A stretch of DNA of 64,000 bases from NCBI RefSeq assembly GCF_006345805.1, contig NC_043005.1:62248001-62312000 (forward strand), in the 5' to 3' direction. This document shows positions 54,278 through 64,000 of the stretch, piece by piece. The notes under the pieces were generated by a model. The model was not told where the DNA came from and ran no database searches. It saw only the letters and a list, made by a program, of their open reading frames with translations. Every line of letters begins with the position of its first letter. Position 1 is the stretch's first letter. The position numbers and the translations under genes are program-made. This stretch comes from Octopus sinensis. Its lineage: Eukaryota.

Positions 54278-57200
54278 ATATACATACATATATATATATA
54301 TATATATACATATATATACACATGCACAAAAGGGGTACATGAATGTTTCAATGTGAATAAAGACATTTATCAGGAACTGTATTTTCAGAATTTGTGTTTT
54401 GCGTGTCTTCTGTTTTTATCCTGAATTCTGCAGAAAACATTTTGAAATAATAAGATAAAAATGCTAAAAAAGTCAATTTTAAGGTAGAGTCTTGGAAACA
54501 GAAGCAATCTTAGTTTGACTTGCAGTTCCTTATAATAAAATTTGATTTTATACCACTAAATTTCTAATTGACTTTTTTTTATTTCACATAAACTAAACTT
54601 TTTCATTCAGTTGTAACAACTAGATAATATCAGATTCCACCAAATGTCTTATAGGGATTCCATTGAGATAAATGTCATTCATTATAAAATGTCACCAGGC
54701 AAAAACACCATGAAACAACAAATGACAAAGCATGTTTACTCTTTAAATGTAAATCTATCATGAACTGCTGCATTTTACCATAGCTCTAAATTGCAACAAC
54801 AGACATATTCTTAAATTAAGATAAAAACTGAGAAAAAAAGCAAGATAAATACTAACCCAGTGTTTATAGTTTGAACAAAGTTCAGTTATCTTCTTAAATT
54901 CCTTGTAGTTATCTCATGTGTAAATTTAAATCTGAGAAACAATGGCTTAGGAACTATACTTTCAAAGAATAAATTAAAACTGAGAGATAAAAGAATTTGA
55001 TTTTGTTAGATAGTACAGGTCTATCTCTCCAAGTGAAGAGCAGAATGTACAATGCTTTTTTATGAATGAAATTTTGTTTGGTTGTGAAACATGGGTGCCA
55101 AGTGCAAAGAATATGCATAGGCTAAGAAGAAATGCAGTGAACATATTCCTTTGGATATGTGATGTCGGTATGTTTGAGGATGGAGAAGAGATGAGTGGAA
55201 ATTGGTAAAGGAAGAATCATACTGTGGTGTGTAGAAGTGAAACTGCATTGGTATGATCATGTAATACATAAGAAAAATGAACGTTTAGTAAAGCTGTGCC
55301 AAAGAAGCCATAAAGAGAGAGTCTGTGGAAGAAGACTGAGGAGGACCTGAGAAGAAGTAGCTAAGTTTAGTCTCAAGAAACCGGACCTCATAAACATTAC
55401 CTAGTACAGTAACAAGTGATGAGATGCTGTGGTAGAAAAAGACATGCTCAATCCATGCCAGCATAGTAAAACAGATGTAAAATAATAATGGCTTCAAGTT
55501 TTGGGGGAAGGTATATTGACGCCAGGATTCAACTGGTACTTATTCTATTGACCCCAAAAGAATGAAAAGCAAAGATGACCTCAGCAGCATTTGAACACAG
55601 AATGTAAAGACAGATGGAATGCCACCAAGCATTTTGCCTAGTGTGCTAATGATTCTGCCAGCTCATCGCCTTATAGATGTAATGTAATAATCCTTTCTAC
55701 TAAAGGCACAAGGCCTAAAATTTTGGGGGAGGGGACAAGTCAATTACATCAACCCCAGTGTTTCACTGGTGCTTAATATATTGACTCCAAAAGGATGAAA
55801 GGCAAACTTGACCTTGTGAGAATTTGTACTCAGAATGTAGTGACAAGTGAAATATTGCTAAGCATTTTGCCTAGTGTGCTAATGATTCTGCCAGCTCACT
55901 GCCTTATAGATCTAATGTAATAGTGATGTTGAAGATCTATTATAATTCTAATTTTATAATGTTTTCTATAATTTTGATTGGCAAATCCAAGATTACCTGA
56001 TGCTCTCATATTCTGTTTTTTGGACATTAACATATATTCATTCTCTCCATAGTGAAAAAACAAAACTATCATTGATGTTTCCTTAAATATATCTTTAAAT
56101 ATTGTCCAGAACATTCTGTAAATCTGAAGATGTATTGTGACAATAATTGTAGACTAACTGTCTGTATATGTAATATCTATGTAGAAGATATTAACACCAA
56201 GTACTGCTTTTATTCTCCTTTCAGATCTTCATAAACTAATGTTTTATATAGTTGCAATTTTCTTATCAAATCATAATACAAGTTTTAAAAAAATATTGGT
56301 GGCAAATTGTATATCAAACTAAAAACATTGATTTTTACTGAAAACTAAATAAACTTTTATACAGCAATTCAACAAAAACTAACCAACTGCAACAACACAG
56401 ATTGATGATAGCATCAAAATATTTGATCAATGTCTGTGAAGCCAAATTAGAAACTTAGTTTAAATATGCACAAATGTGTATATATTTGCATAATTGAATT
56501 AGAGACTAATTGACAAAGAATGGCTATATATATAACTATCCATGAAGAAAAGAAATTTTTGAGACATCTTAATTAGACAGGATTGAACAATTAATTATTT
56601 CTTTAGAAGCAAATTCATTCAGCTAATCCCCAAACAACTGTAATATATCAGTTGTAACTCATCAGAGGTATTCACCTGTTTAATTCTGATATAAAAGAAA
56701 ATTGGATAAAATAAATTGAGTGACTTTTTTTTCAATTCAGAAATATATTTTACTGACTACAGCTCTAATTAAATTTTCAAGGGAACAAAAATGTTTTCTA
56801 AAACCTTCAGGTAATTTTCAGCAAAATACAATTCAATTTCAAGAGAACATTGTCAGTTAATTCAATTAAGAAATACAAACTATGCAAACTCTATTAAGGA
56901 ATTTTTCAATTAATTCCCTACATACGGCTGCAGACATAAACACACACATACACACACATACACATGCACACACACGCATTTGCTAATGACTATTTTTATG
57001 TAAAATTAATATATAAAAACAGTTGAATGCTATATTGAAGGATCATTCAATATATTTCTGTAGACTACTATATTATTATAATTTTACAAGGTAGAGGTTG
57101 ACAGAGACTTCAAAGTTTCAAGTTATTAGCTGTTATCAGACTGTAAATTAGTTTTGTTTTCCAAGCATTACATACGTTCTGCAGAAAAGGAGTCATCTAG

Positions 57201-58072
57201 TGGAGAGAACAATTGGTCTGCAAAGTAGGTATGTTGTAAAAGAGTTTGTAGAGAGAAAGACAGAGTAGCAGAAAAAAAAAAAGCAGGAGCAGATAGAGAA
57301 GGAGAGGAAGAAAGCAACCATCTATAAGGTGAGAGTAGGAAGGAAAGTATGGTGAAAACATTTCCTGGGTGGGCAGAGGTGTGTTGAAAATTGTTTGATG
57401 GCAATAAGTATGTTGGTTACATTAAATGTAAGAAATTAGAATTCGTTACATGTTACTCTAAGGGGTCATTCAAACATGGTATGTAAAAGTGGGTGCTAAA
57501 AGTTAGACCAGTATATGGGTGAAAGTGTGATACCTAGGTCACAGCCAGAGGTTGGAGTTGAAGCTTTGTTGAATGTTATCAGAATCTCTTTAATCCTTCA
57601 GCAGTCAGATTACTTTGTCAAATGTAATGCTCATTTATCCACATTGCTTTGAATTAATCATGTATTATATCATAACTTTGAGATTTCATTTATGTGATTA
57701 TTCATTCTTAGGATGATATTGTAAGGTAGGTGTGAGAGGCTGGATCTGGCTGGCTTGAACATAAAGCAGACAGAATGTTTGGACCAGATATGGCTAAAGA
57801 GTTTACTTATATTTAGTACAAGGGTTTAGTTGCTTATTGTTAGGGTTCCTTTAAGTATTTATAGATATTACATGTTAAATTTGTAAAAAGTATAAGTCAA
57901 AAATGGATCAAATTCAGTGATCTTGGTTAAAAGATGTCTCTAAAATAAGAGTTTACAACTTGCTTTGTAGACACAGATGAATATTGTTATTTGCTATTAT
58001 TAATTCCATTAATATGTGTATATATGCCTGTTGTGTATAAGTGTGCAAACATCTACATCTCTCTTTATTTCT

Positions 58073-58108
<36 letters not shown>

Positions 58109-58449
58109 GATACTTCTGTTAGATGATAAGGGAGGAAATATATGAACAAAATATATGTTAAGATCTGTTAAGAATACCCATCCCCATCTACAACACCAAT
58201 TGAAGCCATACAGAATTAATAACTGACAAAATATCAAAAGCTGTGTAGGATAAAGGCATCTAATGTTGAAGTTATTAACTTCTTATGCATGCATTCTATA
58301 CTTTGTTGAAGACTTGTGCGTGGGATTCTAATGACATTCTTAATGACGGTTGCATTAAGTTACGATGGGAGAAATATACTTTCAGGAAGAGTTGTTCCCC
58401 TTGCGCTATTAAAATTTCTTTTTGAACGAAAACTAGACTAAAATTAAAA

Positions 58450-58870
58450 CTCTCACCCTACACATCCTTCAGCCCTTCCAGCTGCTGATAATTTATAAAG
58501 CTCAAATGGGGCCCACAGTAGAGTGCTATTCTCAATTCTGGAACAATGCTACACACACTGATTTCTTGGATGGCTGTCAAAGAAGGATCACTCAGCTGAT
58601 TGATACTTCATCACACTCCAGTTTCTATGCCATTAGACATGATGTTTCCTATCTCTGTCTTTTCTGTTGCTAGTAATAATGATCTCTGTTCTTTAACATT
58701 GGCAGGTCTCATACCTCCACTATTCAGGAAACCACTTCCTTCCTGTCCCTCCACTTCTCATCACACTTAGTGTGTCTATTGCTCCTTTATTCTTCATTAA
58801 ACATAAAACTCAAACTTTCAGCCTCAGGACATTGGCCCTCTGGAATCTCCTCCCTCGCCCATGTCTTTTT
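58450..58870 (+). mobile_element. Decayed Jockey/CR1-like LINE RT C-terminal fragment
   Basis: LLIIYKAQ..P.VE..S..W...LD..QRR and ..LWNLLP motifs. Confidence 0.55.
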
Positions 58871-59017
58871 TTCAGTTAGATTTGAATAATTATTGCTCCC
58901 TATTCAGGTAGAGAGAAACCCAGAGTATCATGCCCTGACAATAATTTCTTTATATGAACACCACAAGCACCACGTCAGCTGCTACTGCCAGAGCCACCAT
59001 TGGCAACAAAACTAATG

Positions 59018-59054
<37 letters not shown>

Positions 59055-60013
59055 TTATTTGGATTTTAACTACTATTTTAAACCTGGTGGAGTTCAACTC
59101 TCTCCAGGTCTGAATACAATAAGGCAGAGACACTTTAACTCATATCAAAAGACGTTCAAACCAATACTACAAGTCATTCTGTTTGATGGTCTGCTGACTC
59201 CACCAGTTCAACATTACACACACACACACAAACACACATGCAATAATGTAAGAATTGAACAGCATATAAAAATATTTTACATATGCAAATATTATCTGGT
59301 GTAGAAATCAATACATTGGGTCGAGTGGATAGATATGCTTATTATATTAAAATTTGACAGTTTACACTAAGTTTTGTCTGAACAACCCAGCCATAGATAT
59401 GTATGTGCATGTGTAATTAAGTTGTATAAAATAAAGAAAAACTATATGTAAAGATAGTTACCAGTAAATACAAAAATAAATGTAACAAAGGATAATTTTT
59501 CACCAAACTGGAAACTATTCCAAAGCCTTCGAGGTATATTGAAAAAATTTTTCGGCTAAATTCAATTAATTTTTATGCCTTCTCAGATTAATTCAACACA
59601 AATGATGTAGAACATTGTAACCAATTAAATTTGCTTTAAATAATTGGTAAGAGCTGCGCTAAGCTATAGTTTTAAATAGTTATAATTAACTCCTGCTGAC
59701 AGTCATAAACTTACACATGCACACACACACACACACACACACATGCACAAACATATATTTGTATATATATTGAATGTCCAGATAACTATATTGTAGTAAA
59801 CAGCTAGCAGAACATTAATTGAGTACCAAACTAATTCATTTCAAGCCACCTCCTGGAGACTTGCAGTTAATCATGCTGTTTAGCTAGAATACAAAACAGA
59901 AAGTGAATTATATTTCCCAAAATTCATTTTAATCCAAACTTTTCAATGTACATTCAAGAACTTGTGACAAGTATTTCAGCTCATGTGTGTGTGTGTATGA
60001 ATATATACACACA

Positions 60014-60860
60014 CAGGATGTACCCAAAAGGTATATACACATATTGACTGATTATAATGTCAGTGATTCAAAATTTAATTGAATCAACAGACAAAATTTT
60101 AAGTTTCTTATGAATGTCTACTTTCAAACTTCTGAACATTCTGGTCCAAGCACTGTTGATAACATGAAGCAATGGAATGGAAAACATCAAGAAACATTTT
60201 GTTTGGTTTTTGTGTGCATTCTCATTCAGTGGCTGCCCTAGACTCCTTGACTGTTGCCAGTTTTGTAGTGTAAACCTTGTCTTTTAAGTATCTCCATAAA
60301 ACACTTCCAAAAATTTGCATTGGAAAGTGCATGATTTATACATTTTATCGAGTACCATTTGCAAAAAAACTTCACCCTTTGGTCTGCATCATCTCTATTG
60401 GGAGCATAGACTATTATTGAAATGTAACTTTTCCGCTGACAGTACTTTAATATGTGGTGAATGCTTGATTTTGAAATTCCAATCAGACAATTCACATGCT
60501 GCACAGGCTTCTTTGAACTCTGACAATACATTTCTAGTATGCTTTCCTGCTTTTTGAGTTTCATTGATGTTTGCAGTCTTCCAGAACATTTCTTGTGGAC
60601 AATCTGAACAGCTCTGTCTGCTTCAAAGTTATCATTGATTTGAGTGATGGTAAGTTACATAAGTGGATATGTTTAAAACTCCTTCCTAAACTGTCTTTGC
60701 ACTTCGAGTTTTCAAACTTCCAGTAGCATTTGCAGATAAATTTTCTTTGTTCAAAGCTTAGTCTAGTTCTCTTCATTGTTTCTAATAGGTAAAATAGAAA
60801 AAGAAATGAAAATTGAGGTAAGAGCTGTTAAGGTGTGTATACATTGTTTGGGACACAATG
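60014..60860 (-). mobile_element. Internally deleted Tc1/mariner-superfamily transposon
   Basis: Degenerate TIRs caggatgtacccaaaaggtatatacac / gtgtatacattgtttgggacacaatg. Frameshifted N-terminal HTH (MKRTRLSFEQRKFICKCYWKFEN; ...IGISKSSIHHILK). Confidence 0.75.
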
Positions 60861-60879
60861 TGTATATATATATTTTTTC

Positions 60880-61240
60880 TCTGTAGTTTCAGTTTAGAAC
60901 TGTGGCCATGCTGGAGCACCACTGTTTTGCTACACTGTTTTTACTGAGAGCCTCCTCTAATATGTGTCACTTGGTGAAGAATGGAGTTTGATGTAGCTAC
61001 CCTCATTTGCACTTCTTGCTGTAAGGTAGGTTCATCGGGGACTCTCGACAGGAAGAGGTCCAGCCTCGATTTGAAAAGGCCTACATTCACTTTGTGCAGG
61101 TTCCTCAGGCTCTTTGGGAGAATATTAAAAAGCTGTGGGACCCTGAAACTCAGGCTGCTGCAGTAACTGGCCCTGAAGCGTGATGACATTGCTGAAATCT
61201 TTGGCACTGTGCAGTGGTGGCCCGTTCTGGCATAGTGAAC
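60880..61240 (-). mobile_element. CR1/L2-type LINE 3' end
   Basis: ORF end FRVPQLFNILPKSLRNL...FKSRLDLFLSRVPDEP...SNSILHQ followed by a short 3' UTR. Confidence 0.8.
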
Positions 61241-62219
61241 ACATAGAAAGGTGTGCTAGGAATCTTAATCCCAATTTCCTAATTTTCCCCTTCTATCAAT
61301 GTTCACAGAACACTTCAGTACAACAAAGAATGAATAAAGACAACTTTCATCAATAAATATCTTCCACAACTCAATATAAACACATAACATAATACAGAAC
61401 ACTACTAACCTTTCAATTAATACCACTAATCCCCATATTTCCCATACACTATTCACATTACAGATCTATATCTACCCTAATTACACCAAATCTAGAACTA
61501 CTTACCTCCCTTACACATAATCGTTTTACTCAGGGACTAGTAGACCTGACACCATTCATTAATCGATGTGCATTCAAAGCAATGATTAGTAAATTCACAA
61601 AACCGGTATGATTTTGAATCTCTTTAACAATTCACAATAATGACTTTTATTACTTTTATTCCTACGTCAGTTCATCTAATTGTATATATCTATTATATAG
61701 ATATATACAAGCTATATATCTATATAGATTACTATATACAATAGTTGCTTTTCATAAAAAAACCTTTACTTTTTTTGATTTCCAATGTGCATTTTCGCTT
61801 ATTTTTCTTCTTATTTCCCATTACATTTTTACATGTAGTTTCTATTTTCTTTTTGTAACATATTTCTAGTATATATATGTATGTATTTATATATATATAT
61901 ATATATGATTCCCCTAATTATATATTCATGGTGCAGTAAAGTTACATAAGTAGAATAACCCTTTTTAATCCATATTTTATCAAATAAACACCACAACAAA
62001 TAAGATAATTAAACAACTAGATAAGATTGTTGAACAATATACACTAATGAGATAATTCTATGCTCAACTTCAATATCCAGAATAATTTAAATAAATTCCA
62101 AGTGACAAGTAATTCCATTAAAACAGAAAAAATATTATAAAGTGATTCCTTATAAAATGGGAAAAATATGAAGTTAAGAAATGACAAAAATATAATATTT
62201 GTCTATACTGAAGTCACTA

Positions 62220-64000
62220 ACAAATATCTGTATATGAATGGAGACTGTGATTGTCCATACAGGCAATAAATATCTATGGTAAAATCCTAACTCAAGAGCA
62301 TTTAGAGAGAAGCACTACATGAAACACTACAAAAAGAAATCTATGGAATACAAGTAAACATGTGATCAAAAAGTTGTAAAATAGGATGTATCAAACATTA
62401 CACCTAATCACAAACAAACATGAACAATATAAAATCCAGAATCAAAAACCTCTGCAACAATATGCAACAAGTCTGCATGCTGCTAAATAAACTTCTGATG
62501 ACCATTGTTATCTAAAGATTTGTATGCAGACATAGAAGTTCTGAACTTCACAACTCCAACAGTTATACTGGTCATATGAAGTATTATTCTTTCTCGTCGG
62601 CTCCCCATGCATTTACAACAAGGAGCCATGGCAACATAGCACAATATAAAACAAAACTAGACAAGAAAATATTGACAAGTATACAAAATTCCCAAACAAA
62701 CGAAGTTCACTCCCTGATGTCTGACAAAAAAAAAAAACCAAAAAAACTGAAACCCTGTGGCAAGCACATTATTAACACAGCAATCCCCGTGATTCCTTCA
62801 CAATATAAAACTGCAGAAACAAACATAACTGAAGACTTGAAAACAAAACAATTTTATCCAGAAGATGTGACATCATGTGTGAGGAGGTATTAAAGTTCGA
62901 GATAAATCGAGAAAAAATTTCAATGAAATACAGTGTTTTTCATGATACATATTTACATGAAAAGATGTTCCCTATGGATATATAAAGAGTGTGTGCATGC
63001 ATGTGTGTGTGTGCATGTGTGTGTATGCATGTGTGTGTGAAGGTATGTATGCATGAATGTATGTGTGTGTGTATATATGTATGGGTGGATAGATGAATGC
63101 ATGCCGCATATATTTATATATATATATGTATACATACATATGTATTTATGTATGCATGTGAGTATATATCAATATTGAGGTTTGGTAGTACAGACAATAT
63201 AAATTCAAAGTATGTGCATAGATTACTTTGTAATATCTGATTAAAAGTAATACATACATACATCACATGCATACATATGCATATACACACACATACACAT
63301 GTATATATACACATAATATATATATATATATACATACACACACACACACACTTAAATAAATATATATATACATTATAATATATGATTAAAAATAATACAC
63401 AGACAGACACACACACATCCATCCATCCATCCATCCATACATACATACATACATAAATTTAGTAGAAAGTTCGGAGGTGATAGTAACATTGATCATCAAA
63501 GCAGTCTATCATGGACCAACAACCTGATTACTACCTCCCACATTGAATGGTATGCATTTGCAATCCAGGAACAGGAAATATGAACCAAATACCTGACACA
63601 GAAAAGGGAAAGTGATGCAAGAAGAGCAGCAAAATGGGTCTACTGATGCAGACTTTGTGGAGTTAACATCAAAGATATCACCCGCATCAAAAGCAGTTGT
63701 CTGAAAATATCATCATGGTATTATCTACCAATGAGACATGATGTTGTAGCTAGGATACAGTAAAATGAGATCTGTTAGAAGGATAACCCCAAGGACAAAA
63801 AAAAAATAAGAACTCACAGTACAGTGGAAGCCATAACCATTCACAATAAAAAGGAGTACTGGTGGAATGTTCCAGTGAAAACCTCAGTAAAATGTAAACA
63901 TAATAGACCTGACATAAATGATTTAGATTAGCATAAAGAAGAGAAAATGTGTACAGCTGCAGAAATCAGCTATCCAGTGGATGTTAACATAAAGCTAAAG
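62220..64000 (+). mobile_element. R4/Dong LINE remnant split by microsatellites (62990-63455)
   Basis: 63.5-64 kb reads YAFAIQEQEI*TKYL, CRLCGVNIKDIT...C...YYLPMRHDVVAR (CCHC region) and EYWWNVP...HNRPDI (endonuclease). Assignment of 62.2-62.9 kb is less certain. Confidence 0.75.

Overview
AT-rich, CpG-depleted, repeat-dense animal genomic DNA. The SINE/LINE repertoire looks like a coleoid cephalopod (Octopus-like); this is inferred from recognising the repeats, not from a search. The window appears to be mostly intronic. Two phase-compatible GT-AG exons on the minus strand (16784-16865, 6747-6832) encode the PDZ domain of a MAGUK p55-subfamily, MPP7-like protein. The rest is a full-length decayed mariner, a deleted Tc1/mariner, RTE, CR1/L2, Jockey-like and R4/Dong LINE fragments, several tRNA-derived SINE families, MITEs and long microsatellites. 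Most ORF-track entries are repeat artefacts. Highlights: (1) three distinct minimal type I hammerhead ribozyme motifs, one inside a tRNA-headed, palindromic SINE-like element; (2) a foreign-looking 162-bp, ~63% GC insertion in a SINE head, bounded by GT...AG and a TAG duplication (introner-like, or an artefact); (3) two hairpins of pre-miRNA size; (4) a LINE and a SINE family sharing a 3' tail. Repeat boundaries were read by eye and are approximate.
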